64,000 nt of DNA from NCBI GenBank assembly GCA_030704615.1, contig CM060734.1, positions 43,028,001-43,092,000 of the forward strand, written 5' to 3'. This stretch comes from Takakia lepidozioides (Eukaryota; Plantae; Bryophyta). Under the pieces are notes generated by a model that saw only the letters and a program-made list of their open reading frames with translations, was not told the origin of the DNA and did not search any database. Made by a program: the position numbers and the translations under genes. Position 1 is the stretch's first letter, and the number at the start of each line of letters is the position of its first letter. Shown here in pieces: positions 36,217 to 48,949 of the stretch.

Positions 36217-38400
36217 GATGGGGGAGGCTTGAAGCGCGAGAAAGGTATCGTCCACGAACATGGATTCTTTGATTTGTATGGGTTGTCTAGTGATGTGGTT
36301 GAATGTTTGTAGGCCGTGTATACTCTGATTGGCTTGTAGCATGTGACCCAGTGTGTCAGCAGCTATGATGAAAAGGAAAGGGGAGAGCGGACAGCCCTGG
36401 CGCACCGATCTGCGAAGGGAGAAAGCTTTGGAGAGGTGACCATTGACTAGAACCCTACTTGAGGCACCAAACAGGAGAGTCTTTACCCATTTGCAGAATC
36501 CCTGGGGTATGCCTATCTTTTGCAGGGCTCCCATTAAGAAAGACCATTCAACCTTGTCAAAAGCTTTTTCGAAGTCTAGAAGCAGAAGCGTTATGGCCTG
36601 GCTAGTTTTCTTGGCATAGTGGGGTATTTCCTGGGCAAGCAAGAGATTGTCTAGGATGTACCTTCCCTTAATGAATCTTGTCTGATCTGGTCTAATAATA
36701 GTTGGCAGGAAAGGCTGGAGGCGTCTTGCTAAGGCTTTTGCTATTATTTTGTATGCCACGTTTAACAGGGTTATGGGCCTGTAATTGGCAATACTAGTTC
36801 TGTCCCCCTTTTTGAAGAGGAGGATGATGACTCCTTGCGCCTTTGTGGAGGCATTTGCTGTTGCTGGAAGATCTGATTGGCCATTTCAGTGAAATCTTTG
36901 GATATGTGTTTCCACAGGGAATTGTAGAACTCTACCGGCATCCCATCTAGGCCCGGAGATTTACCATTGTGGAGCTTTGAAAGCGCATCTTCAAGCTCTA
37001 GGTCGGTGAAGGGGCCTTCCAGAGCATCCGCCATGCTTGGAGTGAGCAGGTTTGGGGTCTGCGAGAGGCAGTGTTGTTGGGTGGCAGTCAGGGGTGAGAA
37101 TTGCTGGTCACTATGAAATAGGGACTGAAAGTGAGAGAAGGCTAAGCTGGTCATGGCTTTTGGGGAGGAAGTGGTAATCCCAGAGGTGTGATCTTTTAGG
37201 CTGGTGATGTTTTGCGCAGCTCTTTTCTGTCTGGTTTTGTTGAAAAAATACTTGGTCATCTTTTCTCCCCGAGTTGCCCAATTAATTTCTGCCTGCAGTT
37301 TGAGTTTATCATCTCTAAGGTTTTGGTACACTTCCATGTTAGCTTTAGCTTCCATGTATGTATTGAAAGTGGCTTCATTGCAGCGAGGGCTTTCCATTCT
37401 AATTTGACAGACCCTAAGACATTTACTTAGGGCTTTGATTTTGAGCTTCCTGGCTTCCGAGATGTCTCTGCTTAGAGATTGACTGGCTATCGCTGTGGCT
37501 TTTAACTTGGCTTGAAATCTTATAATGGGATCTCTGATGTCGGTACCCTCTTGAGACCAGACTGTTTGTAAACCTTCTTTGAAGGCCGAGATTCCCAGTA
37601 GGGATGCATTCATCCTATATATTCCCCTTCCTCTCTTTTGGTCTGATGGGATCTGGATAGTGGCTGAAATCTCGGCATGGTCGAAGCCTGCAGGGATGGG
37701 TTGTGCCTTGTCATCCATTGAATTATATTCAGGGATGAGTAGAACCTATCTAAACGGGCCATCTGAAGGTTTTGAAGATCTCTGTTGTTGGACCAAGTGA
37801 AGTGGGGGTGAAGTTGTTCCGATCCAGATGGGGAATCAGACTGAATTTCTGTGAGACTGTGGTTCTGTGTCAAAATCAGCCAGCGCTGGAGGTCATCATT
37901 GCTGTGGTTGATGACAGGTTCGCCTCTACTGTCCTCGGCACATTCCACCATGTTATAATCTCCAGCTAAGAGACAATGGTCAATTGTTTGGAGCTCTTGC
38001 ATCTTAGAGTCCAGCAATGCCCATAGATTTGCTCTTTCTTGGCTATCATATGGCGCCTAGATGTTGAGGATGCCCAGGGATCCCCTATTGTTTGGTAATG
38101 AAAGGGCACAGAATTGTACCCTTCCTGGAGCCCATACTGCTTCGGAAGTGATGAGTGGTTGGATAGCTTGCGTAAATAGGATGGCCGTACCTCCTCTTGA
38201 TCCCATGGAGGTTGGGGCCCAGTGAGCCAAGGCTTTTGGCCAGAGGTGGTCTGACAGGTTATCTATTTTTTGTTGGTCTTGTTTGTGCTCTTGAAGAAAA
38301 ATTATTGCTTGCTGATTCAAAAGTGGTGCGAGCCAGGTTGAAAGCTAGACTCTTTTTAAGGAGCTGGGATCAGATCTCAGACCCCTTACGTTCCAGGATT
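36217..38400 (-). pseudogene. LINE ORF2 N-terminal part: AP endonuclease and reverse transcriptase, frameshifted
   Basis: IIFLQEHK, LLAGDYNMVE, FTWSN, RLDRFY, KSPGLDG, LDFEKAFDKV, RQGCPLSP, FVDDT. Confidence 0.92.
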
Positions 38401-38891
38401 TGATATTAATCAACATGAGGGTGCCATAAGGGGCTGAGACCAGGGGTCTCCATTGATGGCCCATTGATAAAGAATTTGACCCTTTTGTCGAAGGGAAGGA
38501 GAGATTTTGTCCATGTCAGATTCGGGGGAAGGGTTACAGAGTGTTTACTGATTTGAGCCATGACTACCAATGGAGGGGTTTTCCATTGAGCTAGATTGTG
38601 GTTGCAGGTGAAGGTGAATTGGGATTGGTCTGGGGTGAATCTGGTTATGGAATGTATGGTAACCTTTTCTAGAGATAACATCTGCGCTATGGTGTGGTTC
38701 AATATTCTATCTATTTCCAGTACTGGATGCCACACATCGGTTTGTGGTTGGGTATAAGGGAGGGAAACCCAGGGGACAGATTGCCTTTTCGTCTTTGAAC
38801 CAGGTCTCTTTTGGTCATTCATGCAAAGCAACCAGCATCTTTTGCTATCTCAAAGAATAGGCTGGAAAATGAAACATGGGGTGGGTTTTAA

Positions 38892-40720
38892 TCATACCTG
38901 GAGTGAATGGATGACTTGGGGGGAGGGTGGTACATTTGCTTCAGGGACTACCGGGGGTAGAACTTCAGCTGTTGTCGGCTCTTCTTCCACCGTTGGAGGT
39001 TGTTCTTGAGTGATCACTTCCCTTGGCGCCGAGACACTTGATGATGAAGAAGCTGAAGCCATCGGTGGAGGGCGTTCACCGTTGATGTAGTCCCTGGTCC
39101 GCTGAAGTTCCATTCGGTGATTTTCCTCTTCCCTGTCTTGTTCCAGGCGTCTCTCCAAGAGCATGAAGGCATTCCTAAGGGAGTCCCTTGTTCTGATTTG
39201 CAGCCCACCAGTGCCCCAGGCTCGAGACATAATAGCCTCATTGACCCAAAATTGCTCCTCTGGTGCGGGTGCTTGATAGATGTCTGCCTCTTCCATGAGG
39301 GCCAAGACTTGCATTGATGGTTTGGAGGTTAAACCCGGGTGATCTTCCCTGTATGCTCCCCATGTGATGTTGGTTGCGGCCGAGAGGTGGTAGTGTTGAA
39401 AGTGGTTGGTGAAAAAATCGTATATTTTTCTTTTTATGATATTGTCCGGGTTGCTGCCTTTTGGGCAGGTTTGCATGAAGGATCTGATGTCCGAGGATGT
39501 TACCCACAAGGATTCTAGACATTCTGGGTTTCTGGAGGTCATTAGAAAGGATGGAGGAACTCTGTTTCTGAAGATTAAAGGTGTCACACAGGAGGCCTTG
39601 GGCTCATTGTCGGAGATCAATTTTGAGCAGCCTACGAGAGCCAGCTTGGGGAAAGTTTGTAGTTGGAGACATATCCTTGCCAATACAGGGTTACTGGCAA
39701 TCCCGGAGACCAAAAACTGGCCTGTTTCTCCTTGCACCAAATGTGGTTTGAGTACCTTGTTGCAGTTTCCAAAGGGAGAGTCCTTTTCCTTTGTAGGTTG
39801 CTGTTTAGTGTGTCCCTGCCTTGATCGTGGGATTCCAGCTTCCAGCTGCATTGGGTCTGACCCCCTCTTGGCGTGATTTGGTGGTGGATTCAGCTTAAAT
39901 GGGTCCTCCATGTCTGTGTTAATCTGGATCCCAGTTTTGGCCCTTTGGATGGGCCTACCTGTACTCGGTGATAACTGTACCGGCAATTGGCCTTCTTCCT
40001 GCGGACGGGAAGGAGTCGAGTTCCTCTGCTTGTATGATCTTTTCATTTTCCCCTGTGGACAATTAGCTTTAATATGGCCTTGCATGCCACAGTTAAAGCA
40101 TGTTGATGAAGTAGTGTCTTCAACCAGTCTTGCAGTAAAATAGTTGTCTTCCTCGTCAATGGGGAGGCGCACAAAGTTTGGGAGAGTGTCCTCGTCAGGC
40201 ATTAACAAGACCATCTTAGGGAAACCACAATCATTGAGCCTTGAGGCAATGGTAGCTGACTTCCGAGCTGGATTTTGCCTTATAAGTTCTGTATCCATGT
40301 GTGGATCAAATACTCCAATACATCCCAAATATTCGCCAAAGTGGTTGGCGATATCCGGCAAATTCATAAGATACTGATCAGGAATAAATGGAAGTGAAAC
40401 TATCCGTGGCCCCCACAGCTTATCATTCTTGTGTCCCATTTTTGAGAACCAAGGAAATATGTTTACATTGAATCCGTGGACATGGGGGTTGAAGTTGAGC
40501 GCTTTGGCTGCAGCTTCTTGAGTTTCAAATTGAATAGAAAGGAAGCCCCTGCCCCTTGCATGGCAGGATTGCTACTTTAAGTCACCTGAACCCCCCATGT
40601 ATCTGACTGCCCAGTCTCTCACAAAGGATCTACTAACCTTTTTTCCGGGGAAGTGTACCAAAATTCCGAGATCTTCCATGCTTGAGGTCCTTTTGCGAAG
40701 ATCGGCCATATCCATGGGGA
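38892..40720 (-). pseudogene. LINE ORF1 (RRM/DUF4283-like region plus CCHC zinc knuckle), with a stop and frameshift upstream of 40439
   Basis: CFNCGMQGHIKANC knuckle. Upstream frame RGRGFLSIQFETQEAAAKAL..IFPW. Located directly 5' of ORF2. Confidence 0.8.
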
Positions 40721-40974
40721 TGAGAGGGTAGTCTCCCTAGAGTGCCTCCTGCGTGGATACAGGGTCTGAAAGGTCATCTGTGATGTCTGGATCCTGTGAA
40801 TGTCCTTCTAGCAGCTCTGGGTTTGGTACTGGGCTTCGATTCTGCAGGTAGACTGGCGCGTTTGCTGTCGCATTGGGAAGGGGGTTCGGATGCTACCTCT
40901 GCTGACCTTCGAGACCTCCTCTTTAACCTTATCTGGAAGACTGAAATGATCCCCTTTCGCTGGCGATAGGAGCA

Positions 40975-41210
40975 CATCATGTTTGTGTGCATTTGCAATG
41001 TGCGTGCAAGCCTGGCAGCCCTGGAGAAGGGCAAGAGGTGCATGGGGATATCATCAAAGCTGGAATTGTGCCAAATGTCAATCTAAACACTGCCCTGGCA
41101 GCTTTGGAAATGGGGAAAGATGTGCATGGCGACATCTTCAGAGCTAGAATTGTACCAGATGACATTATGAACAATACCGTGGTGAACATGTTTGCAAAAT
41201 GTGGCCCCCG
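40975..41210 (+). pseudogene. PLS-class pentatricopeptide-repeat (PPR) gene fragment
   Basis: Two partial L/S-type motifs: ASLAALEKG/EVHGDIIKAGIVPNVNLNTAL and ALEMGKDVHGDIFRARIVPDDIMNNTVVNMFAKCG. Frameshifted and internally deleted. Confidence 0.75.
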
Positions 41211-43056
41211 CTGTTGTCCGTCCAGGCTGTAAGTCGATCCCTGGGTTGCCAAATCGCTATGCCTTCATGAACATTACGACCCCTCGATTGTGCCTCGTGG
41301 GTTTGGAATTATCCTGTACCCGAGGATGGAAGAGGGCGCTGCTGATGTCGTGATTGTATCCGTGGCTGACCTCTCCCTCTGCCAGAGCTCTAACCGCGAG
41401 AGTGGAAAAAAGAGTTGGGAGTCATTGTACCGGCTGAGGAAAGCAAGTGCTAGAGACACTCGGAGTTGGAATGGAGCAGCGGAGCGAAACGGGTTTGCAG
41501 TCTATCCGATCACTATGCTTTCAAGCCTAAGCAAACCTTCACACTGAGAGTTTACCAGGGGTGCTGGACGTTGGCTGTGGCAAGGAGAAGGCAGTGGCGC
41601 AGGAGAGCTAAGCTTAGCTGGGGGGACATGAATCGTAATGAGATGACAGTGAACTTTGATCGAGATCATAAATGGTGACGGCAATTAGTACTTACTCGGG
41701 ATGAAGGAGTGATGAAGCTCCGAGGGGTTTTTGGGATGAGTTTGGTCAGGGAATAAAGATTTGCTTGGGTTCAAAACCCGTTGCCTGTATTTCTAAAGCC
41801 CTTAAGCATCTGATGCCTTCTTCAAAAACTCGAAAAACCCTGTTTGGGCCTCGCCATGGGTGGAGGAGAGAGACGAAGAGACCGTTGCGGTCTGCTCTCC
41901 TCTCACCGCAAATCACGGAGCTCCCTGGGCACTCCATTGACAAGTTGTCGTACAGAGTTCTAGCTGGCTCCAACAAAGTATTTTCATCCCATATTTTTAT
42001 ATTACTATGTCAACTCCATATTTTATTTGTAGCTTTTTGGCTATTTTTTGCCTTAAAAAAAAAGGGCTGTTCGGGCGTCATCCTTTTTATTTTCTGCGTT
42101 AAGGATTTTTGAGGCAGATTATGCCGTTTTAGAGGCAAATTAAAAAGCAGAATGCGCCGGGGGCGCATAATGAGTCAGCGTAACTCGTCAGTTTGACTTT
42201 ATTAGCATCTGCAGCCTCTGATTGGCTCTAGGGGCCCATAATCTGCCCCAAAACTACTTAAGGCTAAGGAATGGGCTCGCCGCTGGCGAATCTATGGGTG
42301 CGCCGCCTGGCTCGCCAGGCAGCTTTACCCCGCAGATTCGCCAGCGGCTTGCCCATTCTGCGCCATCTGAGAATACCCATCGCGTAAGGTGCCATCCACA
42401 CGCACCCAAAAAACATGTTGTTGGATCTTTACGTAAGGGGTAAACCAAGGGGTTTGCCGGACTTGAGATCCCCAGCCGGAGGTTGGGTAGCATGTGCGCA
42501 GGCTCAGGCGAATGTGAGCATGCTCACATGAGCAAAAGAAAATATTCAGTACATTATTGCAATATTCTTTAAAGATTCTACGGCCAAACGAATTGTGCTC
42601 ACGCCAAACAAAGGCAAAATTGTTGCAAAAGTATGCTCAAGCTATCTATTTTTGAAAATTTGGCAAAACTCTTGAAGTTTCGCCGGCGAAACCCGAGGTG
42701 TTTTTGTTTTGTGTTTTTTTGGGAACATATAGGGCCAAATTACTGGAGTTTCACTGGCAAACTTTTTTTGTTCTTCTTTGGGCACAACTAGGGCCAAAAA
42801 TATTGAAGTTTAGCCAACAAAACTTGGGTGTTTTTTTGTTTTTTTTGGGCTTTTCCTGTGGACAGGTCCAAAGATACCATGATTGGCTTAGATGATTAAG
42901 TTTCACCCAAGTGTTTCTTTAATATATTATATGTTTTGGTATTTTTTGCTATGTCACACAGCACTATTAGGGTTTTTATTACTTTTCTTCCAATAATTTC
43001 AAGGTTGGTTATATTTTTTATTAATATCAAATTTATTATAGATAGTAATATAAATT

Positions 43057-45114
43057 CAATTATCATATAAATTTTTAGTATTTTTATGTAACTGAGCCGA
43101 TTTCCGTGTAAATTAGGGCTACTTCTGTCTTATATTCTATTTCCATGAAAACATTGGGACTTTATTACCGTGTTTTTGTGCTCACGTCTCTATTTATTTA
43201 TGCTCATGTGAGCTCTCCTCATAATTCTACCAACCCCCCAAGGCCCACGATGGCAGCGCAAGGGTGACGGCTCAATCCTGGAAACCCGTGGTGTAAAAGC
43301 CCACTATTGAATTTTGACACGTGCATATATAGGATTGCAAGATTTGCCCGGGGCAATTCATGTAATCCACGGATGAGGACGATTACGTCCATTATTGTCG
43401 CTCAAATAACAAGCCTCAAACGGCAATGGGCTCTCTTGCTTTGGTAAAACATAAGAGGAAGGTAAGACTAGGGAGCATGACGTGGTGTAGTGTCTTTTGA
43501 CCACATATTTTCCGTTGACGTCACTGCATGCGTAGTTTCTCTCTACAAAAGAGCCAACAAAGAGAAAATAGGCCCCGGGTTTGTACCACTGTTGGGCGGG
43601 TATGACAATTTGGGCATATTGAAGGGTCCGGGTAAGGCATCTTTGTTTAAATCGGTATGGAGGCGGTTATATATAATGTAGGGGTTTGGAAATTGTGGCG
43701 GATAGAGGTTATCAATAGAAGTGTCCCCCAAAAAAAGTTCTCAAGTTATCAATATGCCATTATCAAAGTGGAACACCACCGGGTCCGTTATCAATATAAC
43801 CTGATTTTCAGTTATGATACATTAAGATTTTAAGAGGACCAGAAAGAAAGAAAAAAACAAACAAAATGAAATATGAAGAATCACAATTAAGAGGACCAGA
43901 ATTGGTTCAGAAAAGGGAAATAAAAGAAAAAGAAAAGAGATAGGAGTCCTACAACTCCATAGATGGGTTTTTCTTCCAAAACCGTCCTCTTAAATGCGGA
44001 CCCCATGTGGCTACATAATTACTACCCATGAATGATGCAGCCATGTTCTAATAAAATCTCAAGGTATTGTTCAAAGTTACTACCCCTATGATTTTCAAGG
44101 TTGGCCCATGCCGGTTTTAGCTTGGGCAGGGTAAGTGGCGAGATTACCATAGCCGGTTCTAACTCAAGTGGGTCCACCAAAAATTTGGGTGGCAGGTCTC
44201 AATAGTATGATACCCTGATTATTACCCGGCTGGGTATATATGTCAACATATATATGTGCCCAACACTGGTTTGTACAATTTGTAAAATCAGTTCACTTGA
44301 AGCCTCCGTAAAGAGAGATGGCACCGACTAGAGTTAGCATAAATAAAAGCTTCTTCTCATTACGCCCTCTATTTAATTATTAATTAATTAATATATATAT
44401 ATACTATTAGCTCCTAGTGATTGGAGCCCTTTCTTGTAAGAAAAAGGGCGTAGGTGTAATGAGAAGAAGCTTTTATTTACGCTAACTATAGTTGGTGCCA
44501 TCTCTCTTTACGAAAGCTTCAAGTGAACTGATTTTACAAATCGTACAACCGGGGCCTATTTTCTCTTTGTTGGCTCTTTTGTAGAGAGAAACTACTCATG
44601 AAGTGACGTCAACGGAAAATATGTGGTCAAAAGACACTACACCACGTCAAGGCACTGGTTGGTGTGTAGGGCTGAGTCATGCTCCCTAGTCTTACCTTCC
44701 TCTTATGTTTTACCAAAGTGAGAGAGCCCATTGCCGTTTGAGGCTTGTTATTTGAGTGACAATAATGGACGTAATCGTCCTCATCCATGGATTATGTGAA
44801 TTGCCCTGGGCAAATCTTGCAATCCTATATATGCACGTGTCAAAATTCAATAGTGGTCTTTTACACCACGGGTTTCCAGGATTTGAGTTGTCACCCTCGC
44901 GCTGCCATTGTGGGCCTAGGAGGGTTGGTAGAACGTGAGCACATCTATGAATAGAGCTCACGTGAGCATAAAAAAAATAGAGATGTGAGCACAAAAATAA
45001 GGTACTAAAGTCCCAATGTTTTCATGGAAATAGAAGATAAGACAAAAGTAGGCCCTAATTTACACGCAAATAGGCTCAGTTACATAAAAGTACTTAACAT
45101 TTATATGATAATTG
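43057..45114. repeat. Foldback element or long inverted repeat (arms ~630 bp, AT-rich loop ~44370-44455); left arm interrupted by a hAT-like insertion
   Basis: 43057-43586 plus 44277-44368 is the reverse complement of ~44456-45114, e.g. TTCCATGAAAACATTGGGACTTT (43141) vs AAAGTCCCAATGTTTTCATGGAA (45007). Confidence 0.9.
43587..44268. mobile_element. Non-autonomous hAT-type element, 682 bp
   Basis: TIRs CACTGTTGGGC / GCCCAACACTG (10 of 11 match). 8-bp TSD GTTTGTAC at 43579-43586 and 44269-44276. Absent from the opposite arm of the foldback. Confidence 0.85.
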
Positions 45115-47167
45115 TAATCCCATTGGACTACAACTTGGGTGTCTAGGTGTGAAACAGTTTAAGGTCTACAGTAACAATAGTCAGTGGGGGGAGCTTGTGC
45201 CATTGAACACAATAATAATAATAATATAATAATATACTACGTCTCCAGAAGGAAGCATAAATTATGGTGTATGTTGATCCGGAAAGGCTATTGCCTTCCT
45301 GCTGGAAGGTGGACACCTTTGTGACAACAATCGGGAACTGAACCCACAACCACTTCCGAGGTGGTATGTGCCCATTACTAGTCAGCTACAACTTTGTTGT
45401 CTGTTGAGCACATATTGTACCCTTGTTTTACTAGTATAGTGTGGCATGTGGCATTGAGCACATATTCAACTATAAAAGAGAGGTCTTTTGCTTATTTTCA
45501 TGCAATTCCAATGGGATACTTGAAATTCAATATCTCCGTGCACACCCCAGGTCCAAAAATTATGAAACGGCCTTGATGCACCCCTATTCATCAAGGGCTT
45601 TCCAGCAGTATCAAGAGCCCTGACTGAGGCCTTGTGGTTTGGGAGATAATATCAGTGACAAAACAAAACATAGGGGCATGGTGCCAATCATGTTACTGGA
45701 AGACTAGAGCAAACGGTTCATATTTTTCACGTTGTTAAGGATTGCTTGGTTTGCTTAGCGGTTATGACAAAATGTAAATTTGATTATATGGATAGTTGGG
45801 GAGGAAGATGTGCCTCTCGGTATTCATAAGAAAATATGGAGTACTAGGATAAGGGAATAGAGTCATGCTAGTTGGTAATCAAAGTCAATGTGGCGGGGGC
45901 AAGCATGTTGCCAGAGGGCTAGAGCGAGGGCTAGAGCGAGTAGCTCTGTCATTGGATAAGCATTGTATCAAGACTCGTGGGTGAGTAAGACGTGCGTGGC
46001 AAGACCAAGTAATGATTGCAACCTACCTTGAAATTCGTTGGCCGACATTAATGAGGTTTCCTTAGAATTTGATGATGCGGACTTCGTTAGTATCCTAAAA
46101 ATTTGTTAAAATACATGATACGGCACCTAAGCAACTGGATGGCATGAGGTTGTAAATACACAATTCTTGTTGGGACACCAAAATGGCGGCGCACTCAAGA
46201 TTCTATCTTTTATATTCATAGCATGTGATTTCACTGCCCTTAGTATTCCCACGACTAAAGGCCATTTGACCTTGAAAGTTTGTTGGTGGGTAAATGCAAG
46301 ATATGGTGGACCAAAAACGACAAATGGTGACGTCCATGAAACTCCTCAATTGGTGGGGTCCACCATACATGCGACAAATTCTATTGGTCCACCAAAGCGA
46401 TGTAGGTAATTTGCCATCAGGCTGTGTTTCATGACATTTTGTCCATATTTATTGGGGACATTTGGGATAATGAGAACCTTCAACCTTTTAGTAAAATTAT
46501 CACCTAAGAAAAACAAAAGAGAAAACGTTATGGACTTTTTGAAAAAATGCGTAGTTTTGCTTATAAATTAGTTTATAGGCTCCAAATGACAAATCAATTT
46601 ATCCATGTAAAATTGGCCTCCACCACTCAAAATTGTAGAGTAATTGCCCAAGTGCACATTACTTTAGAGTCCATAAGTTCAATATGGTTGAAAAGACAAA
46701 TGTCCATAGCTTGAAAATGCTTTGTCTATTTTGCAATTCAACAATTGGTACATGTAGATATGTAAGAGTTGACAATACTAAACCATGTACATTTGGATGC
46801 AACAGTGAATGTTTAGAAAAGTATGGGTGGTACCATGGACCACAGTTACTACAAAATTAACAAAGAAAATTCCATTTTGGTCCACCTTATCTTGCATTCA
46901 CCCTCGTTTTAGCATAACCCAACAAAAGAATTTTATTCTATCTATGCCCGCAACTTGACATCACACAACATCTGCAAAACTCTCAAAGACGAACAGACAA
47001 ACACAACTTGTTGCTACTTAAGAATTTACAAGACTATAGGACCAAAAACGAAAGAGAAAAAAACAAGAAAATAAAATAAAAATTCAAATGATCTCTTACT
47101 ATTGGGATCCAACTACAGAGACCTACGTGCCTGCCAGTCCAAACACGTCGAATATGGGCTGCAATTC

Positions 47168-47649
47168 TGATAACGATGAAGTGTCAGTGCCACGAGACAT
47201 GACAGCTTAAGCCACGAGGCAGTAGTGGCAAGGTAGTAGTAGGGCTACCATATACCACGAGAAGCAACAGTGGCGGAATAATGAAGAGCCACCACTATCA
47301 CAAATAGTAGAAGTGGTGGACAATGGTGACCAAGAAGTACATTAGTGCTTACTAGACCTTAGTCGTGTAGTTGGTAGGCATAGGCAATTTAACAACAGTC
47401 ATTAACGACCTTACTGGGCTGTAATGGCTCTTTGAGCCAAGTTAGTATGAATGAATACACACAACCCAACAAAAATATCATCTTGTGCTAGTAATACTCA
47501 TGTGCATTGTTTGGTTGCTTTGTATTCCCATAGTGCTCATGAATAAAGTAAAGCGATAGTTTCCACCACTACTGTGTAGAGAGATCGTGAGGGAGAGTTA
47601 TATGCTAATCTTTTCGCTTAAATGATAGGACTTAGTTACAGCTATAACA
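47168..47649 (+). repeat. Diverged LTR-like copy related to the 48109-48949 LTR
   Basis: Starts TGATAACG and shares blocks such as TACCACGAGA..AGTGG and GTCATTAACGAC..GCTGTAA(T/C)GGCTCTTT with 48210-48450. No TSD found. Confidence 0.4.
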
Positions 47650-47799
47650 AGTGGTATGACATTCTAAGTGTATGTTATGTAGTTTTCCTTTTGGCAGCAT
47701 GCAAGCTATAAGTATGCTCATTCTGTATCCGACACTTGGTGGAAAGCCCTTTCTACCCATATCAAAAACTGGAGTAATATTATGGGTTTTGAGAGGATC

Positions 47800-48029
47800 C
47801 AAGAACCGGAACCGGAACCCACGTTCAGCCCCTATTGACGGTTCTCAGCCCCTATTGACGGTTCTTACACGTGTGACTCCCGGCAGGAACCGCCAGTTCC
47901 GGTTCTGGGCTGATTCCTATTCGCCGGTCCGGTTCTACAAGGCTGGGTCAGGTTCCGGTCCGGTTCCATATAACCGGAATCGGAACTGGCGGTTAACCAG
48001 GGTCCAGGCGGTTAATCGCCCAACACCGG
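47800..48029. mobile_element. Right-end fragment of a hAT-like MITE (ACCGG/CCGGTT subterminal repeats ending CCCAACACCG)
   Basis: Dense GAACCGG/CCGGTTC repeats and a terminus like that at 44258-44268. Confidence 0.4.
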
Positions 48030-48108
48030 TCTATTCCATATCACTTCCCAATTATGCTTCTAATAACATATTATGTATAACTCAAACAATTCTTTATATT
48101 ATCCCTTA

Positions 48109-48949
48109 TGATAACGGCTAAGTATGACACAGCTACGAGGGCCGGGCAGCGAGAGTCATGGGCAGAAAAGGCTAAGTGCGCGACACTTAGCAAATGGCGG
48201 AACAAGGGTATACTACCACGAGAGCAGTAGTGGGTAGTGTAGCAGCCGTGGGCCGTGAACCACGATATCACACGGCCACGGTAGCATAGGCTTTACTAAT
48301 AGAAGTAGTGAAGGGTCGTGGACCATGTACCACTATGGCACACAAGTCACGACCACTATCACGAGCCACTTTTTGGCAAACCCTTTAGATTGCGTAGGCA
48401 GTTAGACAACGGTCATTAACGACTGCAAGCTGTAACGGCTCTTTTGAGCACAATATAAAAAGGCTGCAAGCAACTTAGAAGGTATCGATGATTAGGGTGT
48501 ATCCAGTGGACTCAAAGTGATTCGATGTGTACTTATGTTATGATGAGATGAACTCTGAAATAAAGCCATGTTATTCCAAGTATAATAGAGTGATTGTAAG
48601 ATGGAGAGAATGTGCATTATGAGAGAACGTGAAATGGTGAGAATGTGTATCATCTCAGAATAGATCTTGTTTGTCTTAAATACTGTATGACTGTATGAAC
48701 AAATAGACTCCAGCCTTTCCGACTAAGACCGTTTTGCTGATGAGACTACGGGTTGGACTTAATTAATAGGATTAAGCAACCTGCAGAGATGTTGATTCAT
48801 ACGACTACCGGGGTTTAGCTATCTTTCAAACGATTACTCTGTAATCGTTTCAGAATGCATACCGTCGGACAACCTCTGTTGCATGTCTTGGGAAATGGGT
48901 TGTAGAGTTGAAAGCCTATTTTGTCTAAGTCATAAACCAGCGGTTAACA
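48109..48949 (+). mobile_element. 5' LTR of a Ty3/Gypsy element, followed by a PBS at ~48952-48969
   Basis: TGATAACGGCT...AGCGGTTAACA imperfect terminal inverted repeat with TG..CA ends. TATA-like TATAAAA at ~48454. Followed by TGGCGACCATACTGGGGA, a tRNA-Arg-like PBS. Confidence 0.7.

Larger units (their letters stand above)
11336..40960 (-). mobile_element. L1-clade LINE retrotransposon, degenerate, interrupted by a solo LTR and by elements A and B
   Basis: Poly(A) tail (T-run 11336-11372). ORF1 and ORF2 pieces are in the correct order on the minus strand. The RT frame ...FVDDTFLALQASPI (ending 36217) resumes as SPINLDNTTQTL at 14676, across the duplicated GATGGGGGA. The 5' limit is uncertain and could extend to ~41970. 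Confidence 0.9.

Noticed and set aside
38406-38831. Separate third LINE ORF
   Set aside because: More simply a frameshifted continuation of ORF1 in a decayed element; no domain evidence.
42140-42560. End of another A/B-type element (GTGAGC/GCTCAC and short dyads)
   Set aside because: It lacks the fixed GCT/CGTGAGCC terminal geometry and any linked family sequence.
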